Sequence record: PP886229 | Source: Escherichia phage vB_EcoM_E9 | Strand: one strand, 5' to 3' | DNA: 64,000 bases | In this document: piece after piece, positions 27,304-36,359 of the stretch | Layout of the letters: each line of letters begins with the position of its first letter | Numbering within the stretch: position 1 is the first letter of the stretch | Position numbers and translations under genes: made by a program | Notes under the pieces: model-generated | The model's database searches: none | Seen by the model: only the letters and a program-made list of their open reading frames with translations | What the model was told of the DNA's origin: nothing

Positions 27304-27530
27304 ACATTACTGCAAAAAATTATAAAAAGCAAGTTGACAATGTACTTGACAAGGTGTTAATCTTTGCGAAGTGGGTTTTTACTTAAAAGGTTACTTAACA
27401 GTTTAACTATACAGATACTTTAAAACTCTTAAAAGATTATTTAATAGCTTTTAAAAAGCTTTAAAGTATAACGTATAGAATACGTTAAGATAAAAGATTA
27501 AAACTTAATAGTTACTTAAAAGAGGCTTAC
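27304..27530. promoter_or_regulatory. divergent AT-rich promoter region
   Basis: 227 nt intergenic between divergently transcribed blocks; TTGACA-like hexamers (..caagttgacaatgtacttgacaagg..) and AT-rich tract. Confidence 0.35.
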
Positions 27531-27953
27531 ATGCAGAAAATGTTTGTTCACCCAGACATAGCTGACTTTGTTAGGGCTTTGCAGAAGTTGGAAGAACTTG
27601 ACATTGCTGCTCAACGGGAATATGCTCACCATCACAGGAGAATGGTTGATATACAACATGAAATAGAGTTGTCTGAAAACTATGAAGATGACTTAAAATG
27701 CTCTGTATTTGAGCATATGAAAGATGTTGCTACAGCGAGACGTAAAGCTAAAGATACAGTTGCTTTACTAGATTCTCTTAAAAAGAGGTTGCAAAGTGGT
27801 ACAGACCTGTGTAATCTAGCGTCACTGATTAACGATGTTGAAACTTCTTGGGATAGACATTACTATCCACGTTCTGAAAAGACACTTGACTTTTCTTCAT
27901 CAGAAAACTTAAAATATTCTAGAAAGAAACTTAACCAACTGAGAGAGAAATAA
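27531..27953 (+). CDS. hypothetical protein
   Basis: 140 aa ORF, first gene of the + strand block. Confidence 0.35.
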   Translation: MQKMFVHPDIADFVRALQKLEELDIAAQREYAHHHRRMVDIQHEIELSENYEDDLKCSVFEHMKDVATARRKAKDTVALLDSLKKRLQSGTDLCNLASLINDVETSWDRHYYPRSEKTLDFSSSENLKYSRKKLNQLREK

Positions 27954-27954
27954 T

Positions 27955-28767
27955 ATGAATACTACTGTAGACCAGATGCTTGAAGAAAAAGGTATTGACG
28001 AAGCATTCTTAATCAATGCCGTAGAAAGCATGGCTATGATTCTTCGTGGAAACAACTACACAGAACAGTTTATGCCTGCAAGCTATAACTTGCCTAAAGA
28101 CAAGTCTGATAACGGTGCTTTTGCAGAACAGGTTAATATGATGCTGTGTGACAAAACGCTTGCTTTAGCATCTATCGTTGTAGGTGTTGATGCTCTTGCA
28201 GAGTTAATTTTTTATGAGATGCAGAAAAATGACTATATTGCCATGACCTCTGAAGAAAAAGACTCGCTACTGCTCTTAGATAATAATGAGCTAGTTGACC
28301 TGTTAATTTCGTCAACGAGTGCTGTTATGGCTGCTCTTGAGAAGCGCATGGAAGAGAAGCTGTCACGATATGAAAAACTTGATTGGGGTGTAGAAGAGTT
28401 AAACCCACGAATCAAAGAGATTATCCAGCAAACTAAAGACTCTTTAGCAGAAGCTGTGAAAGATGATTCTGTAGCTGATGTAGAACCACTACAGGTGAAG
28501 GTCGCTCTGATGATTCCAGCTATTTCTACAATGATGAATATCGTTGCACTAATCCAACTTTCTCAGATGTTGGGTGTCACCATTGAGTTCGTTGAGGAGA
28601 TGACTGGTGGTGTAAGTATGCAAGCAATCAATGATGTTTTGGTAAACATTGGTGCTTCAATCATTGAAGAGAAGCTGCGTATTAACTTCGGTGATGATTT
28701 TGTGAAGCAAATCTCAGCTATGGCTGAAAAAGAACACTCACAGATTAATACTGACCGACTGCACTAA
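27955..28767 (+). CDS. hypothetical protein
   Basis: 270 aa ORF. Confidence 0.35.
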   Translation: MNTTVDQMLEEKGIDEAFLINAVESMAMILRGNNYTEQFMPASYNLPKDKSDNGAFAEQVNMMLCDKTLALASIVVGVDALAELIFYEMQKNDYIAMTSEEKDSLLLLDNNELVDLLISSTSAVMAALEKRMEEKLSRYEKLDWGVEELNPRIKEIIQQTKDSLAEAVKDDSVADVEPLQVKVALMIPAISTMMNIVALIQLSQMLGVTIEFVEEMTGGVSMQAINDVLVNIGASIIEEKLRINFGDDFVKQISAMAEKEHSQINTDRLH

Positions 28768-28828
28768 GTCTTTATAAACCTTACAAGCCTCCTTAGTTGG
28801 GGGCTTTTTAGTAATTAAGGGAGACAAA

Positions 28829-29572
28829 ATGAGTAATATTATTGCATTTACTGGAAAGGCACGTTCTGGAAAAGACACCTCATGTTCTATTGTTAAGAAT
28901 ATCTTAGAAGATGAGTATGGCTACAATGTTGCAGTAATGGCATATGCAGACAACCTTAAGCTATCTGCATCAAAGATATTTGACCTGACTTGGAATGACC
29001 TATACGGTGAAACTAAAGAGACTCCACAGGTTTTTGATTTATCATACTCTGAACTAATGTTCAAAGTTACAGAAGCTATGGAGTTCACCTTCAGAGATGA
29101 ACGTTACCATATGGACTTTAAGCTTATGTCGGAGTTAACCGGACGATTAATCATGGAACTTAAGAAGGTCGCTAAACCGACTCTATTGACACGTCTGGGG
29201 TTTAGTAAAAAGTATAAATTCTCATCAAGGCAAATTCAACAGATTTGGGGCACTGAAGTTATCCGTAAAGTTATGGGTGACAAATTCTGGGCTAAAGACC
29301 TCGAAACACGGATGGTTCGCTTCTTTGAATCTTGTTCACTAAGGAATCAAGAGGGTGTTGTTTTAATCAGTGACTTAAGGTTTGACTCTGAAGCTGAGTG
29401 GCTGAGTAGATTTGCACACCAAACTATTGAAGTAAAAAGAGACAATGTGGATAAGGTTTCATCACATGTTTCAGAAAATGGGATTTCTACCAAATATGCG
29501 CGTGACATTATCCATAATAATGGTACTCTTGAAGACCTTGAAAGCAAGCTAAGAGCTATCCTGAAAATTTAA
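28829..29572 (+). CDS. deoxynucleoside monophosphate kinase
   Basis: P-loop at N-terminus ..IIAFTGKARSGKDTS.. and C-terminal similarity to T4 gp1 dNMP kinase (recollection). Confidence 0.65.
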   Translation: MSNIIAFTGKARSGKDTSCSIVKNILEDEYGYNVAVMAYADNLKLSASKIFDLTWNDLYGETKETPQVFDLSYSELMFKVTEAMEFTFRDERYHMDFKLMSELTGRLIMELKKVAKPTLLTRLGFSKKYKFSSRQIQQIWGTEVIRKVMGDKFWAKDLETRMVRFFESCSLRNQEGVVLISDLRFDSEAEWLSRFAHQTIEVKRDNVDKVSSHVSENGISTKYARDIIHNNGTLEDLESKLRAILKI

Positions 29573-29580
29573 AATGGAGA

Positions 29581-29781
29581 ATGAAGATGAGAGTAAAAGA
29601 TAATTTTAAGGTTATTGACCATCGTTTAGTGGAACTCTCATCTCTTTCCAATGAGGTAATGATTGAACGTCTTAAGAGAGTTGAATCACGAAGGAAAGAG
29701 ATTGCAGATGAGATTCATGAACTGGACAAGATTGAAAATGGATTGAAGGCAGAACTACAACGAAGAGGTGCTAATGTCTAA
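29581..29781 (+). CDS. hypothetical small coiled-coil protein
   Basis: 66 aa ORF. Confidence 0.3.
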   Translation: MKMRVKDNFKVIDHRLVELSSLSNEVMIERLKRVESRRKEIADEIHELDKIENGLKAELQRRGANV

Positions 29782-31759
29782 AGGTCGTAAATTGAAAGAG
29801 GCTGGTCAGTTTATTGGTCATTGTGCATGTCCACGTTGTGGTTCATCAGATGCTGGTTCAATCTACCATCATGACGATGATTCTTATTCGATGACTTGCT
29901 TTAGTTGTAACAAAGGTTTCCCAGAGTGGGATTTTGATAAAGGACAAATCGTGAGCACTTATTCTACCGGTTCAGATAATAAAAACCGTACTTTCCGTGG
30001 AATGGATTTAGATGACGTAAAAGAAAACCTAGAAGCAATGGACTTGAAAGACAGGAAGATTCCTGCAAAAGTCCTTGAACGTTTGGGTATCAAGGTTGAC
30101 ATTGACAGTGATGGTGAAATTGACGCACATTTCTACCCAACTTACAAACGTAATGAAGATGGCAAGCTAGAACATGTTGGCTACCGTGTTCGTCACCGTT
30201 ACCCAGAAGACCACCCAAAAGAACACCTACGTGGTAAGCTAAAAGACTTTTCAGGTGGTGTTGGAGATATTAAAGGCGAACTGGCAATGTTCGGTTCATG
30301 GATTGCTCCAGAAGGTGGGAACAGACTGTTCATCTGGGAAGGTGAGATGGAATGTGCGACAGCTATCTACATGACTTCTTTGGCGATTAAAGATAAGTCT
30401 CGTCGTAAGAATTACTGTCACGTATCTGTTCCATCAGGTGCAAACATTAAGTCTATTAAGGACAACTATCAGTACATCACATCATTTGATGAGATTTACT
30501 TGTGCTTTGATAACGATGAAGCAGGTGCTAAAGCTACCAAAGAGGCTGCTGGTATCCTACCTATTGAGAAGGTTCGTTTGTTCCAGTATCCAGAAGGTGT
30601 AAAAGACCTTAACGAATGGTGGACAAAGTTCTATAAAGAGAAAGACACAGTTCTGGAAGGATTTAAACAGCGTATCTACAACGCACCTCGTTACTGCCCT
30701 GCTGGTATCAAGAACTTCGCAGATGGTTTTGAGGCAATGAAGAATCGTGGTCAGATTCCATTGATTCCTTTCCCAGAATCTTTCGGGGATTTGAATAGGT
30801 TGACTTATGGTGGTTACGGTTTAGGTGAGATTACAACTCTGGCAGCACCATCTTCAGTAGGTAAATCAGCATACACCCGTGAAATGATTTACACTGCTTG
30901 GAAGGAAACCGATTACAATATTGGTGTAATTCCAGTTGAAGATACCTATGAAGAGTTGATGGAGATGCTATGTGCAATCCACCTGAGCAAGCAGATTTCT
31001 GAGATTCCTTATGACGAACGTGATTGGGATGAATTAAAGGAAGCACACGCAGAACTATCTAAAGGTCGTCGTATCCACATCGTAGACCATCAAGGGGCAA
31101 TTGACCAAGATAACCTGCTGGAATTTGTTGACTATCTTGTTAACAGTTTAGACTGTAAGATTATTATTCTTGACCCTATTACGTTGGCTCTGTCACGTTC
31201 AGATACGGATGAAGAGGAAGTTTTGTCTGAACTATTGCGTCGTTGCAAACGCTATCAGTATGCACAGGTTAACGTCTGTCACGTTCGTAAGAGTGCAGGT
31301 GGTCAGAAAGCCAACTCTGAAGGTGGAGATATCTCTGAAGAGGATATTAAGGGTTCTGGTGCATACTTCCAGATTTCCATGAACAACATTCTGTTAATGC
31401 GTAACAAGGTTGACCCAGACCCTGTTAAGAAAAACTTGACAAAAATCAAGTTAACTAAGTGTCGTCGTCATGGTAAGTCAACAGGTATTGCTGGTCATAC
31501 TTGGTACAATCCAGACACAGGACGTCTTATCAAAGCTTCTGGGTGTGGTGTTGACATTGATGGTGCAGCAGAAAATATTCGTCAACAGTTTGGTATTGGT
31601 GAAGCTGAAGACCATTATGATGACTCTTTACCTCATTATGAGGATGAAGTGTTTGACCGTGAGGCTGGTGAAGTTTATACTGAAGAACAGCGTCAAAGCT
31701 CAACGATTCCACCTGTATTAAGTGAGGATGCAGATGACTGCCCGTTTGAAACTGAGTGA
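29774..31759 (+). CDS. DNA primase-helicase (T7 gp4-like)
   Basis: N-terminal zinc ribbon CACPRCG...CFSCNKG, TOPRIM-like acidic motifs, Walker A ..APSSVGKSAYT.., Walker B ..IIILDPITL..; start at ATG 29774 with RBS. Confidence 0.8.
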   Translation: MSKGRKLKEAGQFIGHCACPRCGSSDAGSIYHHDDDSYSMTCFSCNKGFPEWDFDKGQIVSTYSTGSDNKNRTFRGMDLDDVKENLEAMDLKDRKIPAKVLERLGIKVDIDSDGEIDAHFYPTYKRNEDGKLEHVGYRVRHRYPEDHPKEHLRGKLKDFSGGVGDIKGELAMFGSWIAPEGGNRLFIWEGEMECATAIYMTSLAIKDKSRRKNYCHVSVPSGANIKSIKDNYQYITSFDEIYLCFDNDEAGAKATKEAAGILPIEKVRLFQYPEGVKDLNEWWTKFYKEKDTVLEGFKQRIYNAPRYCPAGIKNFADGFEAMKNRGQIPLIPFPESFGDLNRLTYGGYGLGEITTLAAPSSVGKSAYTREMIYTAWKETDYNIGVIPVEDTYEELMEMLCAIHLSKQISEIPYDERDWDELKEAHAELSKGRRIHIVDHQGAIDQDNLLEFVDYLVNSLDCKIIILDPITLALSRSDTDEEEVLSELLRRCKRYQYAQVNVCHVRKSAGGQKANSEGGDISEEDIKGSGAYFQISMNNILLMRNKVDPDPVKKNLTKIKLTKCRRHGKSTGIAGHTWYNPDTGRLIKASGCGVDIDGAAENIRQQFGIGEAEDHYDDSLPHYEDEVFDREAGEVYTEEQRQSSTIPPVLSEDADDCPFETE

Positions 31760-31828
31760 TAGTTATAAAAGAGAGGGGTTCATACCCTTCTTTGAAGAAA
31801 AAAGTTTAAATAAATTTCAGGAAGAGTG

Positions 31829-31857
31829 TTTGACAAAGATTGATAGGTTCTATAGAA
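31829..31857 (+). promoter_or_regulatory. sigma70-like promoter (TTGACA-N17-TAGAAT)
   Basis: Canonical hexamers with 17 nt spacer downstream of primase-helicase stop. Confidence 0.45.
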
Positions 31858-32011
31858 TGCTCTACATGAAATGTGATGGAGGCGTTGAGGTAGAAGAAAA
31901 GTTCCATCACAGTATGATAACAGTCACTATTACTATACCTCGACATAATATTGGTTGGTTGTTTATAATTAAAGAAAATGTGTTTGAATATCAAGTATAT
32001 CGGAGAATATC

Positions 32012-32161
32012 ATGAAACACTCTAAAGCATTTGAAAAAGTTTTTGGGGATTCCTTAAAAGCCACTGCTGGCAAACCAGCAAAATACTATGAAGAGAAGCG
32101 TGTAAGAACTGGAAAAACTGCACGTAAAGCAGCTTCTAAAGATAAGCACAACTTCCAGTAA
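32012..32161 (+). CDS. small Lys-rich basic protein (49 aa)
   Basis: ORF below the 60 aa track cut-off, RBS ggag 8 nt upstream; MKHSKAFEKVFGDSLKATAGKPAKYYEEKRVRTGKTARKAASKDKHNFQ. Confidence 0.3.
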   Translation: MKHSKAFEKVFGDSLKATAGKPAKYYEEKRVRTGKTARKAASKDKHNFQ

Positions 32162-32168
32162 TTAATGT

Positions 32169-32197
32169 TTGACAATAGAGTATCAACAAATTAGAAT
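32169..32197 (+). promoter_or_regulatory. sigma70-like promoter (TTGACA-N17-TAGAAT)
   Basis: Canonical hexamers about 40 nt upstream of the SSB-like gene. Confidence 0.45.
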
Positions 32198-32233
32198 TGG
32201 TACTCTTCATAAATTGAGATAGAGGTTTAAATA

Positions 32234-33091
32234 ATGTCTAAAGTTGTTAAAATGAAAGCTCCGGTAGAGAAGTACAATGGTACTGAACGTCAAACTCTGC
32301 GTTACCTGCTGAAAGATGTCTGGTTTTATTACCTGAACACTTCACCACGTCCGGGAAAAGGTAAATCAATTGATAAGAAATTCCCAGGAAAAGACTGCAA
32401 CTACAGTGTTTCAATTCTGGCAGAAGATGGTAACAAGCTGTTTAAAGAGTTCACTAAGTCTAAGAAAAACCCAGAAGGTTGGGATAAAGTTACTACTGAA
32501 GCAGTTGATGCAGATGACTTCGAAGAGAAGTTTGGTTGCAAACCACCATTTGAAGCAGATACTTACTACATCTTGAAAGTAAGTCGCGCAGCAGCTTATA
32601 AGGATGGTGCTGTGTGGACAGCTAAACAGTCATTCCCTGTAATGCTGATTGAAGAAGTAAATGGTAAACGTGTAGCTGTTAAACAGCCGATGAAGAAAAT
32701 CAAAGCTCAAGCATCTGACAAACACGAAGATGACAAGAACTATGATGTAATCCATCCAGATATTGCAGTCGGTAACGGTTCTTTTGGTAGTGTGATTCTT
32801 TCTACTCACTTCTACACTTTTGAAAACAATGTTCTGACAAAACCTATTCAGGAACAGTTTATCATTGATACTCTTGTACCTTACACTGGTGGTAACGGTG
32901 CTAATGGCGAACCTGAACTGGATGAAGACGAACTGGCTATGCTTGGTCTTGACGGTGTCGAAGATAACGGTGAAATCACTGAAGAAGACGCAAAAGACCA
33001 CAAACCTTCGAATGATTCTGATGATGGTGACGATGAAGACTTGCCAGACCCAGATGACGAAGGAGATGAAGACTTCGATACAGAAGACTAA
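32234..33091 (+). CDS. putative single-stranded DNA-binding protein with acidic C-terminal tail
   Basis: 285 aa, extremely acidic C-terminus (..DDGDDEDLPDPDDEGDEDFDTED) as in T7 gp2.5-type SSBs; own promoter and terminator. Confidence 0.45.
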   Translation: MSKVVKMKAPVEKYNGTERQTLRYLLKDVWFYYLNTSPRPGKGKSIDKKFPGKDCNYSVSILAEDGNKLFKEFTKSKKNPEGWDKVTTEAVDADDFEEKFGCKPPFEADTYYILKVSRAAAYKDGAVWTAKQSFPVMLIEEVNGKRVAVKQPMKKIKAQASDKHEDDKNYDVIHPDIAVGNGSFGSVILSTHFYTFENNVLTKPIQEQFIIDTLVPYTGGNGANGEPELDEDELAMLGLDGVEDNGEITEEDAKDHKPSNDSDDGDDEDLPDPDDEGDEDFDTED

Positions 33092-33110
33092 TCTCTAAAA
33101 GTTACTTTAA

Positions 33111-33135
33111 AGCCCTGTACTTAGTATGGGGCTTT
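33111..33135 (+). terminator. rho-independent terminator
   Basis: AGCCC...GGGGCT hairpin followed by TTTTT. Confidence 0.45.
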
Positions 33136-33153
33136 TTCATATGGAGAGTCACA

Positions 33154-34194
33154 ATGGAGAAGTATACGCTAACAAAACTTCCCGATTCAGTTACACATGT
33201 CTTTATTGACTCTGATAGTATTGCCTATAAAGGTGCTTGTGTAGTTGAGAAAGCAAAATATAAATATGTCAATAAACTCACAGCAGAAGAATCTGAACCA
33301 TTTGATAATGCAAAAGACGCTGCAAGATGGTTAGCAGACCAGAGAATCTTTGTGGAAGAACTTGGCCTGACATTTGATGAAGATGAATGGGAAAGACAGA
33401 CTTGGAAAGAAGCTAAGAGTGAAAAAGAAGCTATCATGGCTACTCAGCAGGTTCTTCAGGAATGGCTTAAGGTTGTTGGTAAAGAAAGAACTTGGGTAGG
33501 TTATCTAACAGAGAAGGGTGTACATAAACATAAAGACATTAAAGGTCTTGAGCACCAATATCAAGGTAACCGTAAAGAGGCTGTCACACCAACACACTTA
33601 GTCGCTTGTCGTGAATATCTTTTATCCAGACCAGAGTTCAAACTCTTAAAGGGTGGCTTCGAAGCAGACTCAATCGTAATTGCTAAAGCTGAAAAGATGG
33701 GTAAGAAGGCTGCTCTTATGAGTATTGACAAAGACCTTCGACAAGCTGAAGGGACTTATTGTATTGATATGACTTATGAAAAGTCACCACTAATTTTTAT
33801 TGCTGACAATAATGTTGGTAATATCTGGGATTGTCCTATCAAATCAAAACCAAAAGCTGCAAAAACAGTTGGTGTAGGTTTTAAATTTTTGTGCTATCAG
33901 GCTGTTGCTGGAGACAATGCAGACAACTACTTCGGACTTAAAGGTGCTGGCAAAGTAGCTGTGATGAATGCTTTAGATGGTAAAGAGACATACAAAGAGT
34001 GTCTTGATGCTATCTATGAACTCTATGCTAAAAAAGACTCTTATACCTATGTGTCATGGGATGGACAGACCGTTACAAAGACACCGTTAGAGTTAATGGA
34101 ACAGCATTTCTGGATAGCATATCAAGAGAGAAATCCAAAAGATAATTTCTCTTTTAAGAAATATAATTGGGAGCCGTGTATGAATGAAGATTAA
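33154..34194 (+). CDS. 5'-3' exonuclease / RNase H (FEN family)
   Basis: N-terminal acidic motif ..VFIDSDSIAYKGA.. and ..YQGNRKE.. resembling the YKGNR motif of T5 D15/T4 RNase H (recollection). Confidence 0.5.
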   Translation: MEKYTLTKLPDSVTHVFIDSDSIAYKGACVVEKAKYKYVNKLTAEESEPFDNAKDAARWLADQRIFVEELGLTFDEDEWERQTWKEAKSEKEAIMATQQVLQEWLKVVGKERTWVGYLTEKGVHKHKDIKGLEHQYQGNRKEAVTPTHLVACREYLLSRPEFKLLKGGFEADSIVIAKAEKMGKKAALMSIDKDLRQAEGTYCIDMTYEKSPLIFIADNNVGNIWDCPIKSKPKAAKTVGVGFKFLCYQAVAGDNADNYFGLKGAGKVAVMNALDGKETYKECLDAIYELYAKKDSYTYVSWDGQTVTKTPLELMEQHFWIAYQERNPKDNFSFKKYNWEPCMNED

Positions 34195-34681
34195 AGGATT
34201 TGGCAATTGTCCTACCTATGGTCATTGGGTATCTTTATGTGGGGAAGTTGACCCCACTAAACATTTTGGTTTTGTCTATTTAGTACACTGTAAGAAAACC
34301 GGACAATATTATATTGGAAAGAAACAGCTTAATAGCGTGACCAAAAGAAAAGTTGCTGGCAAGACTCGGAAGAAGGTAGTCACTAAGGAGAGTGATTGGA
34401 TGACTTATGAGACTTCTTCTGAGTATATTAAAAAAGATATTGAGAGCTTTGGAAAAGAATTTTTTGACTTTTACATTATCCAAACCTACTACACGAAAGG
34501 TGGTCTAGTTTATGGTGAAGCAAACCTCCAACATAAATTCGATGTAATGACAAAAAGGATTGACTCTAAGCTCAGACTCTTCTACAATGCCAATATTGCA
34601 GCAATTAAGTTTATCACTAAAGAAACTTATGAAGATGCTGAAAAAAGAATCCATAAGGTAATGAAAGCAAATTGTGCTTGA
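34184..34681 (+). CDS. GIY-YIG domain nuclease (possible homing endonuclease)
   Basis: ..FVYLVHCKKTGQYYIGKK.. fits the GIY-(9-11)-YIG pattern. Confidence 0.4.
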   Translation: MKIKGFGNCPTYGHWVSLCGEVDPTKHFGFVYLVHCKKTGQYYIGKKQLNSVTKRKVAGKTRKKVVTKESDWMTYETSSEYIKKDIESFGKEFFDFYIIQTYYTKGGLVYGEANLQHKFDVMTKRIDSKLRLFYNANIAAIKFITKETYEDAEKRIHKVMKANCA

Positions 34682-34687
34682 TAACTA

Positions 34688-34933
34688 TTGAGAGAGAATA
34701 AAATGTTTAACAAAAGTAAAGCTGTGAGTCATGTAGCAAAGGTTGACAGCAAGATTGAAGAACTTGAGCGCATTCTTGCAAATGCCAGAGAGTCAATAAT
34801 TAAAGAAGTTGAAGCTGTTGAATCTCAAATGCAGCACCTAATGCTTAAACGTCAAGAGTTACGTGAGCATCTGGAATATATTGAAACACGAGAGCTAAAA
34901 GTTAACAGATTTTTAAGGAGTCCGAATGTTTAA
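34688..34933 (+). CDS. hypothetical coiled-coil protein
   Basis: 81 aa ORF. Confidence 0.3.
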   Translation: MRENKMFNKSKAVSHVAKVDSKIEELERILANARESIIKEVEAVESQMQHLMLKRQELREHLEYIETRELKVNRFLRSPNV

Positions 34934-35681
34934 CTCAAGAGAATCAGTAAAAAACTGGAATCTTCGTTGCGGAAACACCCAAAAGCAACCTTACAGTGAT
35001 GAGTATTGGGAATCTTTGAAATCCCAGTCTCTGTGTATGCTTGAAGAAGCAAAAGAGCTTGTAAAAGCAATTGAAGAGAAAGACCCCATTGAGACACTGG
35101 ATGCTCAGGCAGATTTGCAATATGTTCTTGACGGTCTAATTTATCTGTCACAACATGACCACAATGGCGCTATGGAAGCTGTTTGCCATAATAATGACCT
35201 GAAGTATACAGACGACTATGAAGAAGCTTTAAAGCGTCTTGCAGATGTTGAGAAGCGTACTGGTCAAGAGTGTATTATCAGAATGTCAGTGGTTGATGGT
35301 AAAGAGTGGTATGCGATTGTCCGTGCAGCCGATGGGAAGATTATGAAGCAATCAAATCTCCCTAAAGTTCAACTTGGTGAATACATTGTAGAACTTGAAA
35401 GCCAAGAACTTTTTGTGGTAGTATCTGAGACATGCGTTATCTGCAAAGGTATTGTAGGTAGCTTAAAGGATTTGGGTGTAGATGGTTTTGTAGAAGTTAA
35501 TCCAATTACCTCTAAAGCAGATAAAGATTTCTGTAAAGAGAATGGACTATGGATTGCAGATATTGTCTACTACGATGGTGAGCAGTTCCATGTAACCTCA
35601 TACCCGAAACTGAATTATGATGCTAATAACCTGAAGTGCTGGTTAAAAGGGGTTGGTTATAATGGATTCACAGAACATTAA
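34926..35681 (+). CDS. hypothetical protein with MazG-like acidic helix motif
   Basis: ..LEEAKELVKAIEEKDPIETLDAQADLQYVLDGL.. resembles the EExxE...ExxD motif of all-alpha NTP pyrophosphohydrolases; weak. Confidence 0.3.
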   Translation: MFNSRESVKNWNLRCGNTQKQPYSDEYWESLKSQSLCMLEEAKELVKAIEEKDPIETLDAQADLQYVLDGLIYLSQHDHNGAMEAVCHNNDLKYTDDYEEALKRLADVEKRTGQECIIRMSVVDGKEWYAIVRAADGKIMKQSNLPKVQLGEYIVELESQELFVVVSETCVICKGIVGSLKDLGVDGFVEVNPITSKADKDFCKENGLWIADIVYYDGEQFHVTSYPKLNYDANNLKCWLKGVGYNGFTEH

Positions 35682-35985
35682 TAAAGAAGGTGTGGCTCAG
35701 AAGAGCCACTTCTCAAACTACAATATTTCTATGACGGTGTTTATGAATGACCCGTTACTTGAGAAGTATGGTGAGACTCCAGATACACTTCTGGATAATG
35801 AACAAGTTTTAAAAGCAGTCCTGTACAAATATGGGATTGATATTGAGAAAGAGTATTCCTTTGAAATCTGCCAACACAGAAATACTTTTGGTAAAGTTGT
35901 GATGGCTCCACTCTTCATGGGTGTAGAAAGAACCGACTATGGTTGGTTATATCTAAAAAGAAACTTGGAGAAATACCGTGTCTAA
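35653..35985 (+). CDS. hypothetical protein
   Basis: 110 aa ORF. Confidence 0.3.
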   Translation: MVIMDSQNINKEGVAQKSHFSNYNISMTVFMNDPLLEKYGETPDTLLDNEQVLKAVLYKYGIDIEKEYSFEICQHRNTFGKVVMAPLFMGVERTDYGWLYLKRNLEKYRV

Positions 35986-36313
35986 AGCAAAAAAGTTATC
36001 TTATGATGACATTATCTCAGGTACTAAGTTAGGTGTTGACAGTATCGGACAAGACGTTAAGCACGGTGACACAGTTATGTACTGTGACGACCGAAGAGGC
36101 AGAAGTGCAATCTTGTTTGGAAGAATTGTTTGCAAAATGCGAGGCAATTACGTTGTTGCAGACATGGATGTGAACGTTACACAAAAACTTGAAACAATTA
36201 TGGATACTAGTACACCATCATGGTTCCTGAATTGTATGCACACTTCTTCAGTCACAAAAGTAAGTGATAAGTTTTACGATATGTGGCAGAATGAGCAAAT
36301 TTTCAAGATTTAA
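35978..36313 (+). CDS. hypothetical protein
   Basis: 111 aa ORF. Confidence 0.3.
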   Translation: MSKAKKLSYDDIISGTKLGVDSIGQDVKHGDTVMYCDDRRGRSAILFGRIVCKMRGNYVVADMDVNVTQKLETIMDTSTPSWFLNCMHTSSVTKVSDKFYDMWQNEQIFKI

Positions 36314-36317
36314 ACTA

Positions 36318-36343
36318 GGGAGCCTCTTCGGAGGCTCTTTTCA
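36318..36343 (+). terminator. rho-independent terminator
   Basis: GGGAGCCTC-ttcg-GAGGCTC followed by TTTT. Confidence 0.6.
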
Positions 36344-36359
36344 TCTGTAGGATTTAAAA

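Noticed and set aside
31722-32015. 97 aa ORF overlapping the 3' end of primase-helicase
   Set aside because: Overlaps the upstream gene, runs through a canonical promoter and lacks an RBS; the 49 aa ORF at 32012..32161 is the better-supported reading.
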